NCBI GenBank assembly: GCA_044351065.1
Contig: JBILGK010000017.1
Span: 3,003-67,002 of the forward strand
Length of the DNA: 64,000 bases
Reading direction: 5' to 3'
Source: Cyanobium sp.
GTDB taxonomy: Bacteria; Cyanobacteriota; Cyanobacteriia; PCC-6307; Cyanobiaceae
Made by a program: the position numbers and the translations under genes. Position 1 is the stretch's first letter. Each line of letters begins with the position of its first letter. The notes beneath the pieces were generated by a model. It was not told the DNA's origin. It searched no databases and worked only from the letters and a program-made list of their open reading frames with translations. Shown here in pieces: positions 52,448 through 63,596 of this stretch.

Positions 52448-53524
52448 TCAGGGCCGCAACAGCAACCCCAAGACCACCAGTATCAGGCTGGCGGCCCAGA
52501 AGGACAGCACAACGCGCTGTTCGCTCAGACCTCCGAGCTCGAAGTGGTGATGCAGCGGCGCCATGCGGAACAGGCGACGCCCCTGGCCGTCGGGGCCCTT
52601 GGTGGCCTTGAACACCCACACCTGCAGGATCACGGAGAGGGATTCCGCCAGGAACACTCCGCCCATCAGCAGCAGAGGCCAGAGACTGTTGCTGAGCAAG
52701 GCCACGGCGCTGAGGGCCGCGCCCATCGCCAGCGAGCCGGTGTCCCCCATGAACACCCGTGCCGGATGGTGGTTCTGGCTGAGGAACCCCAGCCAGCAGC
52801 CCGCCATGGCGACGCAGAAGGCCGCAAGGGCGGGATCGCCCTCGTTGGCCCGCAGCATCAATTGCAGGCCCAGGCCCGTGAAGACGATGGCGCCACAACC
52901 GGCGGCCAAGCCATCCAGCCCGTCGGTGAGGTTGGTGGCGTTGCTCTCCGCCAGGAATACGAACAGGCCGAGGGGCCAGATCAGGAGCCCCAGCGGCAGG
53001 ATCCAGCCGAAAGGCAGGCCCACATCCCCAGCGGCAGCGCCGCCCACCCAGCCCCCCAGAGCGGCCCAGATCAGGAACAGAAGCGCAGCCCCGGCTTGGA
53101 GCAGGAGCTTCCCCCGCGGCTTGAGTCCTGTGTTTGTTTGGCGGGTGAGGCTTCGCCAGTCGTCGACGGCACCGATGGCCATGAACGCCAGCGTGACGGC
53201 GGCCACCGCGAGCAGACGGGGGTCTTCCGGCGCCACCAGGCCGGCCACCAGCACCCCCACGGGAACCACCAGCAATCCCCCCATGGTCGGGGTGCCCGCC
53301 TTGCTGTGGTGGGCCTGGGGGCCTTCGTCGCGGATCACCTGGCCGAGCTTGAGCCGCCGCAGTCGCGGGACCCCCCAGGCCGCCACGCCCGCACTGGCCC
53401 CCGTGGCCACCAGCAGAGGCAGGGTGAGCATCGAATGGGCCAGCCGCCAATCCGCCGCCAGACAGGCAGCCAGCACGAGGACAGCCAGCAGGGCAGCGGG
53501 CAACCTGCCGTCGGAGACCTTCAT
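52448..53524 (-). CDS. mraY: phospho-N-acetylmuramoyl-pentapeptide transferase
   Basis: 358 aa, polytopic, with [45 protein letters not shown] and HHHFE. Confidence 0.93.
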   Translation of the reverse strand: MKVSDGRLPAALLAVLVLAACLAADWRLAHSMLTLPLLVATGASAGVAAWGVPRLRRLKLGQVIRDEGPQAHHSKAGTPTMGGLLVVPVGVLVAGLVAPEDPRLLAVAAVTLAFMAIGAVDDWRSLTRQTNTGLKPRGKLLLQAGAALLFLIWAALGGWVGGAAAGDVGLPFGWILPLGLLIWPLGLFVFLAESNATNLTDGLDGLAAGCGAIVFTGLGLQLMLRANEGDPALAAFCVAMAGCWLGFLSQNHHPARVFMGDTGSLAMGAALSAVALLSNSLWPLLLMGGVFLAESLSVILQVWVFKATKGPDGQGRRLFRMAPLHHHFELGGLSEQRVVLSFWAASLILVVLGLLLRP

Positions 53525-53532
53525 GGCGGGGG

Positions 53533-53784
53533 TCAGTCTTCCCAGTCCTCCTCGGGAGTCTCGTCCACCTGGTTGTAGTCCTCCTTCTCCCCCATCAGGG
53601 CGGAGAGTTCCTCCTCCTCCACGGTGCTCACGTCGGTGCCGGCGCTCTCCTCATCGGCCACGAGACGGCCACTGGCCTCCAGCAGGCTGAGCAGATCGGG
53701 TTCATCGCGCAGCGGCAACACCGGGGCGGGTTCGTCGCGCCGATAGCGGGTGAGGGAAGGATTGACGGTATCAAGAATGCTCAT
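53533..53784 (-). CDS. small acidic cyanobacterial protein (DUF3134-like)
   Basis: 83 aa, [25 protein letters not shown]...EEDWED. Family assignment is from memory only. Confidence 0.55.
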   Translation of the reverse strand: MSILDTVNPSLTRYRRDEPAPVLPLRDEPDLLSLLEASGRLVADEESAGTDVSTVEEEELSALMGEKEDYNQVDETPEEDWED

Positions 53785-53867
53785 AAGGGTCCCAGGCAGG
53801 CTGGATCCGGATCGTCCAATCCGTCAGCCTACCGCTTGCTCCGCAAACCTTCCGTCCTGGCTCGCTG

Positions 53868-54100
53868 ATGTCCGCCCACAAGATCGTCTCCATCGCCTGG
53901 CTCTGGGTTCTGGCCCTTGCCCTCAGTGCCCTGCTGGCCGCGGCGGGAGCGCGCTGGTCGGCGCCGCTGCCGATTCGCGGCGACCTGGTGGGGGCGCTCC
54001 TGTTGCTGCCCCCCCTGGCGACCGCCCTGGCCGTGCTCCGCCGCTGGTCGCTGCCGGTCGAGGGGACAGAATCGAGCCGACCCAGCGAGGAGACGCAGGC

Positions 54101-54104
<4 letters not shown>
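53868..54104 (+). CDS. small hypothetical membrane protein, translationally coupled to argG
   Basis: 78 aa with two hydrophobic helices ([21 protein letters not shown]; [18 protein letters not shown]). The stop overlaps the argG ATG (ATGA at 54101-54104). Confidence 0.5.
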
Positions 54105-55339
<1,235 letters not shown>

Positions 55340-55896
55340 GCCGGGCGGCAGCCGCCGGCCTTCGCACCTGGCCGAGCAGGTTCTCCAGCGCGGAGCGCAA
55401 GGAGTGGCGCAGCCGGGGGTGCCGGTCGCGGGAGGAGAAGGAGGTCTGCGAGGGAAGGGCTCGGCTGGCCGTGGGGGTGGCGGGCGTGAGGGCATAGAGC
55501 CTGTCGCGCAGCAGCTGGTTGTCGGCCAGCAGACGCCGCTGCTCCTCGACCAGGCCCTGCACCCGCTGGCGGAACTTGCGCTCGAAAATCTCCGGCAGGT
55601 CCTCCAGCATTTCGTGGAGGGCGTCGATTTCGGCCCGGGCGGCCTCCAGCTCCAACTGGAGCTGGCGCCGTTCCCGTGCGCTCGCCAGGAGTGACCCCTC
55701 CCCGCGCCTGGCGGGGGAGGGGGAATCCGCCGGGGGTGGGGGCGGTGGCGGAGCCTGCCCCACCGCCGGAATTGTGCCCTCGCTTTCCCACCAACGATTG
55801 GAAACGGAGGCGGCTTGGGCGTTGCGGCGAGCGAACGCCTGGATTTCGCCGGAATCGCTCATCGCCGTCCCGAAACTTGCGGGAGTTTACTAGGGA

Positions 55897-55911
55897 AAAG
55901 CCGGTTCGGCC
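55897..55911 (-). terminator. weak hairpin plus T-run after rpsF
   Basis: The minus strand reads GCCG-AAC-CGGC-TTTT about 22 nt after the rpsF stop. The stem is very short. Confidence 0.25.
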
Positions 55912-55932
55912 CCTCCTGTGGGCAAGAAAGAG

Positions 55933-56301
55933 TCAGTCGGCGCTGGGGGCGGCGGTGGCGGCGACCGGTTCGGCCGCTTCCACGCTGAGGGTGCGGGGCG
56001 CTGGAATGGGCCCGTCCTGCTTCACGGTGAGGTAGCGGATCACGTCTTCCGAGAGGCGCATCGCCCGCTCCAGCGGACCCACCTGCTGGCCGTCGCCATC
56101 GTGGTTGAGCTGCACATAGATGCCTTCCCGGTGCTTGGCGATCGGGTAGGCGAGGCGGCGCTTGCCGCGCATCTGGGTGTCGAGCACCTGACCACCGGCC
56201 TCGGTCACGATGTCGCGGTACTTGCTGACATGGCTTTCGACCTCCTCCTCCGGGATGTCCGGGCGGAGGATGTACATGGTCTCGTAGTAGGACTGGCTCA
56301 T
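55933..56301 (-). CDS. rpsF: 30S ribosomal protein S6
   Basis: Start at [16 protein letters not shown] (CAT 56299-56301) in ORF 55933..56382. Contains RRLAYPI and a typical S6 N-terminus. Confidence 0.92.
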   Translation of the reverse strand: MSQSYYETMYILRPDIPEEEVESHVSKYRDIVTEAGGQVLDTQMRGKRRLAYPIAKHREGIYVQLNHDGDGQQVGPLERAMRLSEDVIRYLTVKQDGPIPAPRTLSVEAAEPVAATAAPSAD

Positions 56302-56412
56302 GGGGGGGTGCGTCTTGGTCGCCCTGGGGAGGGGCTGGAGGGTGGAATCGGCGCAGCCGACCTCCAGCGACGAATCCAGCAACCTATCGCAGCGCCTGTC
56401 CAGGCAACCAGT

Positions 56413-56880
56413 TCAGAACAGCTGCATGCGCACCGCTTCGGAGACGGTGGGGATCTCCGCCTCCCGGCCCCGCAGGGCCTCGACGATTCCGAACAGCACC
56501 ACCAGCAAAGTGCCGAGGTAGACGGCGTTGGCGAGGGTGCGCACCAGGAAGGTGTCCCCCAGGGAGGGGAAGAGGGTTTGGAAGGCCAGTTGCACCAGGA
56601 TCAGCACGATGTCGATCAGCAGGGCCTGCAGCACGGCGAAGCGCACGAAGTAGGGCACCTGCGGGTTGCGGGCGACGGCGAGGAAGAGGACCAGGAACAG
56701 CACGAGGCTGCCCAGGGGGACGGCGTTCTGCAGAAGCTGGAGGGGTGCGGCCGGCACAGCCAGCCAGATCAGCGGCGGAAACTGGCCATAGAGGGAGGTG
56801 CCGAAGCCGATGGCGTCGCTCCAGGGCAGCAGGTAGGCCAGGGCGGCCAGCAGGCGCTGCCAGATCGGAGGGTCCTGCAT
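56413..56880 (-). CDS. Tic20-family membrane protein
   Basis: 155 aa with four TM helices. WQRLLAALAYLLPWSDAIGFG and FVRFAVLQALLIDIVL resemble cyanobacterial Tic20 homologues. Confidence 0.68.
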   Translation of the reverse strand: MQDPPIWQRLLAALAYLLPWSDAIGFGTSLYGQFPPLIWLAVPAAPLQLLQNAVPLGSLVLFLVLFLAVARNPQVPYFVRFAVLQALLIDIVLILVQLAFQTLFPSLGDTFLVRTLANAVYLGTLLVVLFGIVEALRGREAEIPTVSEAVRMQLF

Positions 56881-56912
56881 GGGATCGGAGCACGGGCCTT
56901 GGCCGGTTCAGG

Positions 56913-57836
56913 CTAGGCGGCGAGCTGGGCCACGGCGGCGCGGCGCATGGCGTCCACGGGAACCACGGCGCTGCCGCTCCACAGCCGCAACGCCGCCGCC
57001 CCCTGGCCCACCAGCATCTCGAGCCCGTCCAGGCCCCGGCAGCCACGGGCGGCGGCCTTCTCCAGCAACCTCGTCGGGCGGGGGGTGTAGATCAGGTCGT
57101 AGACCACTGTGTCGGCGGCCAAGCCCTCCAGATCAGCGTCCGAAAGGGGGCAGCGATCGGCAGCGACCCCATCGACGGCGGCCGCCATGCCCACCGGCGT
57201 GGTGTTCACCACGAGGTCGGCGGTGGCCAGCGCTTCCGCCAACCCCCCCTCCTGCTCCGGCCAGGGCACCCCCTGGAGGCCTGGCGCCCACTTTCGGCAG
57301 TCCTCCAGAAAGTCCGCCAGGGTTCGGGGGCGTCGACCGGCGACCCGGATGCGGTCCAGCCCCAGCGCGACGAGCCCGGCCACCACCGCGCGGGCGCTGC
57401 CCCCGCACCCCAGCACGAGGGCGCTGCGCCCCTGCCAGCTCTCGCCCACCCCCAGCGCCCCCCGCAGGGGCTCTGTGAACCCCTCCACATCGGTGTTGGT
57501 GCCCCACCAGCCCCCCTCCTCCCCGGGCACCAATGTGTTCACGGCCCCGAGTTGCTCGGCCAGCGGGCTGCGTGCCGCCGTGAGGCCGGCCACCGCCTGC
57601 TTGTGGGGAAGGGTCACGTTCAGGCCGCGACAGCCCATCGCCGCCAGGGCTCGCAGCGCCCCCGCCAGTTCGGCGGCGGGAACCGGCAGGGCCAGGTAGA
57701 CCCAGTCCAGACCCAGTTCCGCCAGGGCGGCGTTGTGCATCGCCGGCGAGAGGGAGTGGCGCACCGGATCGCCGATCACCCCCACCAGTGCGGTGCTGCC
57801 GCGGATCGTGCGGGCGTCCGGGAAGGTGGGGGGCAT
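56913..57836 (-). CDS. aroE: shikimate dehydrogenase
   Basis: Start at [11 protein letters not shown] (CAT 57834-57836) in ORF 56913..58124. Contains [30 protein letters not shown] and the Rossmann GCGGSARA. Confidence 0.88.
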   Translation of the reverse strand: MPPTFPDARTIRGSTALVGVIGDPVRHSLSPAMHNAALAELGLDWVYLALPVPAAELAGALRALAAMGCRGLNVTLPHKQAVAGLTAARSPLAEQLGAVNTLVPGEEGGWWGTNTDVEGFTEPLRGALGVGESWQGRSALVLGCGGSARAVVAGLVALGLDRIRVAGRRPRTLADFLEDCRKWAPGLQGVPWPEQEGGLAEALATADLVVNTTPVGMAAAVDGVAADRCPLSDADLEGLAADTVVYDLIYTPRPTRLLEKAAARGCRGLDGLEMLVGQGAAALRLWSGSAVVPVDAMRRAAVAQLAA

Positions 57837-58020
57837 GGGGCGTGCGGGGGCGTGTGGAGTCGAAGAGCTGACGCTAGAGCCGCTGCAACCCTTGCCAGCA
57901 CTGGACTCTTCGGCTCCGACCGGCCCGGTTGGGTTCGGGAACCACCCCTCGCCGGGGCGCGAGTCCGCTGCTGAAGATGTTGCCAGTCCGCATTTCATCC
58001 ACTTCGGGAGGTGGGAATCC

Positions 58021-59934
58021 ATGGCAAAGGTCGTCGGCATTGACCTCGGCACCACGAACAGCTGCGTCGCCGTGATGGAGGGTGGCAAGCCCACGGTGAT
58101 CGCCAACGCCGAGGGGTTCCGCACGACCCCCTCGGTGGTGGCCTACACCAAAAACCAGGACAAGCTGGTCGGTCAGATCGCCAAGCGCCAGGCGGTCATG
58201 AATCCGGAGAACACCTTTTATTCCGTCAAGCGCTTCATCGGCCGCCGCGTCGACGAGGTGAATGAGGAGTCGAAGGAAGTGAGCTATGGCGTGGAGAAGG
58301 CCGGTGCCAATGTCAAGGTGCGCTGCCCGGTGCTCAACAAGCAGTTCGCTCCCGAGGAGATCTCGGCGGAGGTGCTGCGCAAGCTGGCGGATGATGCCGG
58401 CAAATATCTTGGCGAGACGGTCACCCAGGCGGTGATCACCGTGCCGGCCTACTTCAACGACTCCCAGCGCCAGGCCACCAAGGATGCCGGCAAGATTGCG
58501 GGTCTGGAGGTGCTGCGCATCATCAACGAGCCCACGGCTGCAGCGCTGGCCTACGGCCTCGACAAAAAGAGCAACGAGCGCATCCTGGTCTTCGACCTGG
58601 GCGGCGGCACCTTCGATGTTTCGGTGCTCGAGGTGGGCGATGGTGTGTTTGAGGTGCTCTCCACCAGTGGCGACACCCACCTGGGTGGCGACGATTTCGA
58701 CAAGGTGATCGTCGATTACCTTGCCGCCACCTTCAAGGGCAATGAGGGCATCGACCTGCGGCAGGACAAGCAGGCCCTGCAGCGCCTCACCGAGGCCGCC
58801 GAGAAGGCCAAGATCGAGCTCTCCAGCGCCACCCAGGCGGAGATCAACCTGCCCTTCATCACCGCCACACCGGAGGGTCCCAAGCACCTGGATCTCACCC
58901 TCACCCGTGCGAAGTTCGAGGAGTTGGCCTCGAAGCTGATCGATCGCTGCAAGGTGCCGGTGGAGCAGGCCCTCAAGGACGCCAAGCTCTCCGCCGCCGA
59001 GCTCGACGAGGTGGTGATGGTGGGGGGCTCCACCCGCATCCCCGCCGTTCTGGAGCTGGTCAAGCGGGTCACCGGCAAAGACCCCAACCAGACCGTCAAC
59101 CCCGATGAAGTGGTGGCGGTGGGCGCCGCCATCCAGGGCGGTGTGCTGGCCGGCGAGGTGAAGGACATCCTCCTGCTCGACGTCACCCCGCTCTCTCTCG
59201 GTGTGGAGACCCTCGGTGGTGTGATGACCAAGATGATCACCCGCAACACCACGATCCCCACCAAGAAAACGGAGGTGTATTCCACCGCCGTCGACGGCCA
59301 GACCAACGTGGAGATCCATGTGCTCCAGGGTGAGCGGGAGATGGCCAGCGACAACAAATCGCTCGGCATGTTCCGCCTTGACGGCATCCCGCCGGCTCCC
59401 CGCGGTGTGCCCCAGATCGAGGTCACCTTTGACATCGACGCCAACGGCATCCTCAGCGTGACGGCCAAGGACAAGGGCAGCGGCAAGGAACAGAGCATCT
59501 CGATCACCGGCGCTTCCACCCTCAGTGAGAACGAGGTGGAGAAGATGGTGAAGGATGCCGAGGCCAATGCCACTGCGGACAAGGAGAAGCGCGAGAAGAT
59601 CGACCTGAAAAATCAGGCCGAAACCCTCATTTATCAGGCCGAGAAACAGCTCGGCGAACTGGGCGACAAGGTGGGGGCCGAGGACAAGGCCAAGGTGGAG
59701 CAGTTCAGCAGCCAACTCAAGGAGGCCGTCGAGAAAGACGACACCGCCACGATCAAGACGGTGCTCGAACAGCTGCAGCAGGCTCTCTATGCCGCCGGTG
59801 CCGCCGTCTACCAGCAGGCCGGCGCCGCCGGTGCGCCCGAGGGTGCCCCCGGAGGCAACGGCAGCAACGGCAACGGAGCCAGCTCCACCTCCAGCGACGA
59901 TGTGATCGACGCAGAGTTCACCGAGAGCAAGTGA
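58021..59934 (+). CDS. dnaK: molecular chaperone DnaK (Hsp70)
   Basis: ATG 58021 follows a GGGAGG RBS. Product starts [22 protein letters not shown] and contains [10 protein letters not shown] and VGGSTRIP, with a Gly/Ala-rich C-terminus. Confidence 0.97.
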   Translation: MAKVVGIDLGTTNSCVAVMEGGKPTVIANAEGFRTTPSVVAYTKNQDKLVGQIAKRQAVMNPENTFYSVKRFIGRRVDEVNEESKEVSYGVEKAGANVKVRCPVLNKQFAPEEISAEVLRKLADDAGKYLGETVTQAVITVPAYFNDSQRQATKDAGKIAGLEVLRIINEPTAAALAYGLDKKSNERILVFDLGGGTFDVSVLEVGDGVFEVLSTSGDTHLGGDDFDKVIVDYLAATFKGNEGIDLRQDKQALQRLTEAAEKAKIELSSATQAEINLPFITATPEGPKHLDLTLTRAKFEELASKLIDRCKVPVEQALKDAKLSAAELDEVVMVGGSTRIPAVLELVKRVTGKDPNQTVNPDEVVAVGAAIQGGVLAGEVKDILLLDVTPLSLGVETLGGVMTKMITRNTTIPTKKTEVYSTAVDGQTNVEIHVLQGEREMASDNKSLGMFRLDGIPPAPRGVPQIEVTFDIDANGILSVTAKDKGSGKEQSISITGASTLSENEVEKMVKDAEANATADKEKREKIDLKNQAETLIYQAEKQLGELGDKVGAEDKAKVEQFSSQLKEAVEKDDTATIKTVLEQLQQALYAAGAAVYQQAGAAGAPEGAPGGNGSNGNGASSTSSDDVIDAEFTESK

Positions 59935-59974
59935 GCGGTGCGCTCCGGCCCCGGCCGGAGACCCCTCCCTCCCG

Positions 59975-60006
59975 CAAGCCCCCATCTGACGGGGGCTTTT
60001 TTGTTT
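59975..60006 (+). terminator. rho-independent terminator of dnaK
   Basis: AAGCCCCC-atctgac-GGGGGCTT followed by TTTTTGTTTT, 40 nt after the dnaK stop. Confidence 0.8.
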
Positions 60007-60231
60007 TCATGCAGCGGCTGGTGGAGTGCTGCGCCCCTGAACCCTGGTCGGCCGCACCAGCACGGTGTCGATCGTGGGGATGAGGGGATCGTGGCGGCGG
60101 CGATAGCCGCTGGTTTGGATTTCGAGCAGAAATTGCCTAAGACCCCGGAAACACCAAGGCGTCCTGGCTTGGTTTGGTCACGCCAGGGCTGTCATCCATC
60201 CGAAAACCTGTCTTCATCCGGTCGATTACCC

Positions 60232-60690
60232 ATGCCCCTTCGCTCAGCCAGCGACTTCCCAGCGTCCCCGGCCCCCGAGGCTCTTGATGGCACGTACCAG
60301 GAATGCCGTGCGGCTCTCGTGTCCGCCAACCGCTCCAGGGGGGTCTTGAAGGCTCAGAGCGATCGGCGGGGGGTGGTGATCGCCGAGCTGCGGCGAGAGC
60401 TGGCGGAGCTGGAGGCGGATCTGGCGGATGAGGCCCGGGCAAAAGCCCGGCTCCATGCCCTCAACCTGAAGCTCGGCGGCGTGATTCGCGAACTGGAGGA
60501 AACGGGCGATGCGATGGTGGGCCTCATTGATGAGAGTGAGCGTCAGAGCGGCTTTTGGCTGGTGGAGATGTTCCGTCGCTTGATTGAGCAGGCGACGCGC
60601 TGGCGAACGGTGAAAGCCAGGGCGGCCGGCTTGGCAGCCGAAGTGGTCGAGGAGGGCAATCCTTCGAATCAGATCGGTGGGCAGCGATGA
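60232..60690 (+). CDS. hypothetical coiled-coil protein (first gene of a two-gene operon)
   Basis: ATG 60232 (MPLRSASDF) in ORF 59938..60690, 152 aa, with a central helix AELRRELAELEADLADEARAKARLHALNLKLGGVIRELEE. The stop overlaps the next ATG (ATGA 60687-60690). I recognise no domain. Confidence 0.5.
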   Translation: MPLRSASDFPASPAPEALDGTYQECRAALVSANRSRGVLKAQSDRRGVVIAELRRELAELEADLADEARAKARLHALNLKLGGVIRELEETGDAMVGLIDESERQSGFWLVEMFRRLIEQATRWRTVKARAAGLAAEVVEEGNPSNQIGGQR

Positions 60691-61067
60691 GCACAGGCCC
60701 TTCAATCGCCGATCTTCTGGAGCAGGCCAACAGAGAATTGGCGGGTACCGATGCACGGGTGTACCGGCGGGTGGCAGACCATCTGCAGCGTTCCGGTTCC
60801 GCGCTGCAAGCCCTTCAGGAGGCGCAGCCAGGAGGAACAAAGCCTCCCAAAGCCCTGCTGGGCGAAGGGAGCTTTCTGAAGCTGTCTGTGGCCAGCCTCA
60901 AGCGGCTGTGCAGGGAGCATGGAATCAAAGGCACGTCCAAGTTGCAGAAGGCAGCGTTGGCAAAGGTTCTGGAAGCTCACGGGGTAACCCCACCACCGCC
61001 GCCCTTGGAGAGTTTCACGAAGAAGGAGCTGATCGTTCTGGTGCGGAAGCTGCTGGGGGAGGTTTAG
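60687..61067 (+). CDS. hypothetical protein with SAP/Rho_N (HeH)-like motif
   Basis: 126 aa. LSVASLKRLCREHGIKGTSKLQKAALAKVLEAHG fits the helix-extended-helix Rho_N/SAP pattern. After a PPPPP linker there is a second shorter unit, FTKKELIVLVRKLLG. Confidence 0.55.
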   Translation: MSTGPSIADLLEQANRELAGTDARVYRRVADHLQRSGSALQALQEAQPGGTKPPKALLGEGSFLKLSVASLKRLCREHGIKGTSKLQKAALAKVLEAHGVTPPPPPLESFTKKELIVLVRKLLGEV

Positions 61068-61167
61068 GAGATGGCCAGCCAGCGTTATCGCGTAACGCCC
61101 CATCCGATCGACATCCTGCCCTCACCGCGCGCGACTTGCCCCCCAATCGCGATGAAAAGCACCATCC

Positions 61168-62277
61168 ATGGGTGGTGGTGTTGTGAGCCCCAACTTCCTC
61201 CACCCGCAGAGCTACGACGAGCAGCTTTTCCGCCTGGGAATGCTGTTGGCGCAGCAGACGGCCTCTCGCTTCGGACTGGAGCTGCGGATCGAGGAGACCC
61301 AGCAGGTTCTGTTGCGACGCCTGGAGGCCGATTCCACCCGGCTGCGTTAGAGCGCGGGCGCCCGGCCTCAGAAGAACTGCAACCTGGCTATCGCCGAGTG
61401 GCCAACCAGCGGTGGACCCGCCGACCATGTGCTCTTCGTCGGACTCACGCCCATGGCGGCGGTGGAGGCCAAGCGGGCCAACAAGGATGTGGCGGGTGTG
61501 CTGCCCCGGGCCCAGCGTTACTGCCGCCACTTCCAGCCGAGCGAAGAGGCGGAGCTGAGCGCCAGCGGCTGGGGAGTGGAGGAGGAATTTCTGATCCCAT
61601 TTGCGCTCTCCAGCAATGGCAGGCCGTTCCTGCGGCAGCTGCGCACCAAGAGCGGCATCTGGTTCCGTGATCTGCGCCGCCCCACCAATCTGGCGGTGCC
61701 CTGGAAGGCTGGTATTCGCCGGAGGGATTGCGCCAGCTGGCGCGGCAGGACATCGACAGCGCCGAGGAGAAGCTGCGCCGCGAGGCGTTCAGCTTCGGGT
61801 TTCCGCTGCGGCCCGATCAACGCCGGGCGATCAAAACCGGCCGCTTCCGGCGGGTGCTGTTCCGGGTGGATCGGGAGGAGCAGGGCGAACGGGTGCTGGA
61901 GAGTGACACGCGCGTGCACATCGCCGCTGACGAAACCCTGGGAGCTGACCCGCACGGATCTGCGCGAGCTGAAGCTGGCGCTGGATCAGCGGGGCTACAG
62001 CGAAACCACCCCGGCCACGGCCTGGCGGGAAACCACCAACCAGGAGATGGCCGCCTCGATCCTGGCTTCGCGCAGCTGGAGCAAACCGCAGCGCGACTGG
62101 CTGCAGCGCATCGCCAACCAAACGAAGGCGATCACGAGCGTGGATCGCGAAGCGCTGGACGACGACCTGCTGTTCTTCAAACGGGAAGGCGGCGGCTGGC
62201 CGCGGCTGAACCGGCTGTTCGGCGGCGAGCTCGATGGCGTGCTGCAGCAGTTCCAGCGAGAGGTGTGGGCGGCGTGA
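61168..62277 (+). pseudogene. hsdR: type I restriction enzyme R subunit (EcoEI/COG4096-like hsdR) remnant: frameshifted, helicase core deleted
   Basis: Pieces lie in at least two frames. SPNFLHPQ..., then GPADHVLFVGLTPMAAVEAKRANKDV...RYCRHF...IPFALSSNGRPFLRQLRTKSGIWFRDLRRPTN (nuclease-type N-domain), a frame switch near 61716 to YSPEGLRQLARQDIDSAEEKL...LRPDQRRAI, and then directly the C-terminal EcoEI_R_C-like YSETTPATAWRETTNQEMAASI...WSKPQRDWLQRIANQ. About 1.1 kb remains where a 2.4-3 kb gene is expected. Confidence 0.6.
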
Positions 62278-62334
62278 GGTGGCCCTATGCCCCAGAAAGC
62301 TGGCTTAAACTAAGTTTTCCGCCATTCAGGGGAG

Positions 62335-63003
62335 ATGACCATCGCTCCGCCTGCTGTCGCTCCAGCCACGCCCGAAGTGTCTGGCACCGGCCTGACGCCG
62401 CTGTTGCTGCCGCAGGATCTGCGGCTGACGCCCGAGCAGTTCGCGCTGGTGTGCGAGGCCAACCCTGACGCGGTACTGGAACTGGCAGCCGATGGCCAGC
62501 TGATCACGATGACCCCCACCGGAGGCGAGACCGGCGCTCGCAACTTCAACCTGGGCTTGGCCCTGGGGTTGGCCGCTCGCCAGTGCTCGCTGCCAGTGCA
62601 GCTGTTCGACAGCTCCACTGGCTTTCGCCTCGCCGATGGCTCGGTGCTCAGCCCCGATCTGGCCGTGGTGAGGATGGATCGTTGGCAGGCGCTCAATCCT
62701 GAGCAGCGGCGCACGTTCCCACCCCTCTGCCCCGATCTGGTGATCGAGCTGGCGAGTGCTTCTGATTCAGGCCCCCGTGGCGCCGAAGCCCTGCGCCGTA
62801 AAATGGCCCTCTTCCAAGCCAATGGCGCCCAGTTGGGTTGGCTGCTGTTCCCCCAGCAGCGGGCCGTGGAGATCTGGCAAGCCCGCCCGGAAGCCGGCGT
62901 GGCCACGGCACCGCAGCGGCTGGAGAACGCCATGCGCCTGGAGGGCGGCGCTGTGTTGCCGGGATTGGCGCTGGAGCTGGAGGAGATCTGGGAGCCGTCG
63001 TGA
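62335..63003 (+). CDS. Uma2-family (DUF820) endonuclease
   Basis: 222 aa with the PD-(D/E)xK context DSSTGFRLADGSVLSPDLAVV...PDLVIELASAS and KMALFQANGAQLGWLL, typical of cyanobacterial Uma2. A GGGGAG RBS precedes the ATG. Confidence 0.8.
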   Translation: MTIAPPAVAPATPEVSGTGLTPLLLPQDLRLTPEQFALVCEANPDAVLELAADGQLITMTPTGGETGARNFNLGLALGLAARQCSLPVQLFDSSTGFRLADGSVLSPDLAVVRMDRWQALNPEQRRTFPPLCPDLVIELASASDSGPRGAEALRRKMALFQANGAQLGWLLFPQQRAVEIWQARPEAGVATAPQRLENAMRLEGGAVLPGLALELEEIWEPS

Positions 63004-63039
63004 GCGGTGGGATGCATCCCAAGCTGCCGGAAGCGAGCC

Positions 63040-63177
63040 ATGCGCGCCAGGCTGTTCCGCAACGGACGTAGCCAGGCGGTACGTCTGCTGGCCGAACCAG
63101 GCGTGCGCGAAGAACTGGATGCTTTCTTTGACAACCTTCGCGATCCGTCACCGCCGCCGGAACGCGACTGCCCGTGA
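63040..63177 (+). CDS. vapB: VapB-like (AbrB/SpoVT-type) antitoxin, unusually short (45 aa)
   Basis: Hand translation gives MRARLFRNGRSQAVRLLAEPGVREELDAFFDNLRDPSPPPERDCP*. The FRNGRSQAVRL opening and the ...FFDxL...P...ER tail match VapB/VagC-type antitoxins, but the middle ~25-30 residues are absent. It lies 20 nt upstream of vapC. Confidence 0.5.
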   Translation: MRARLFRNGRSQAVRLLAEPGVREELDAFFDNLRDPSPPPERDCP

Positions 63178-63196
63178 GGGATGAGCCCACACCAGC

Positions 63197-63586
63197 ATGA
63201 CCAGGCGGATGCTGGACACGAACGCTGTGCGTGCTGCCTTGGTGAATGGCTATTCGCCTCGACTTGATAGCTGGTTCACCGAGCAACGTTGCTGCATCTC
63301 GGCGATCGTGGCGGCAGAGATCCGCTATGGGCTGGAGAAGAATGCGCTGAATGCCAGGAAGCGGCAATTGGTCGAATCAGCGCTGGCTCACCTTGAGGTT
63401 CTGCCCTGGACCGAGGCCTGCGCCGTTGTATTTGGTCGCCTTCGGGCAGTGAAGGCCCGGAAGGGCCGGCCGCTTGGGCTGATGGACCTGCTGATCGCCA
63501 GCCATGCCCTCAGCGAAGGCTGTGTCCTGGTCACCGCCGATCAGGCTTTCGCCCTTGTAGAAGAACTCACCCTGGAGGCCTGGTGA
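63197..63586 (+). CDS. vapC: PIN-domain toxin VapC
   Basis: 129 aa with the (MTRR)MLDTNAV opening, AAEIRYG, DLLIASHAL and LVTADQAF, the four acidic/PIN signature positions. Confidence 0.85.
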   Translation: MTRRMLDTNAVRAALVNGYSPRLDSWFTEQRCCISAIVAAEIRYGLEKNALNARKRQLVESALAHLEVLPWTEACAVVFGRLRAVKARKGRPLGLMDLLIASHALSEGCVLVTADQAFALVEELTLEAW

Positions 63587-63596
63587 TGCCAGCCGC

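Noticed and set aside
57837-58020. CIRCE/HrcA operator upstream of dnaK (the grpE upstream region 7193-7407 was also checked)
   Set aside because: No TTAGCACTC-N9-GAGTGCTAA-like inverted repeat is present. The closest string (ttgccagcactggactc) lacks the second half-site.
57874-59985. 703-aa ORF antisense to dnaK
   Set aside because: It is exactly coextensive with the unmistakable dnaK CDS on the other strand. Its product is low-complexity (G/L/H/V/A/D-rich) with no motifs. Long antisense ORFs opposite hsp70 and other high-GC genes are a known composition artefact.
59938-60231. 5' extension of the 60232 gene back to 59938, and a minus-strand reading ..FLLEIQTSGYRRRHDPLIPTIDTVLVRPTRVQG* at 60005-60130
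   Set aside because: The extension would run through the dnaK terminator hairpin. The minus-strand fragment has no start, no recognisable family and poor codon usage. It may be another gene relic but is unsupported.
61071-61670. 199-aa ORF and other overlapping ORFs (61015..61530 minus, 61445..61955 minus) across the hsdR relic
   Set aside because: They are Pro/Arg/Ala/Gly-rich translations of alternative frames of the decayed hsdR sequence with no motifs. The hsdR-like frames explain the region better.
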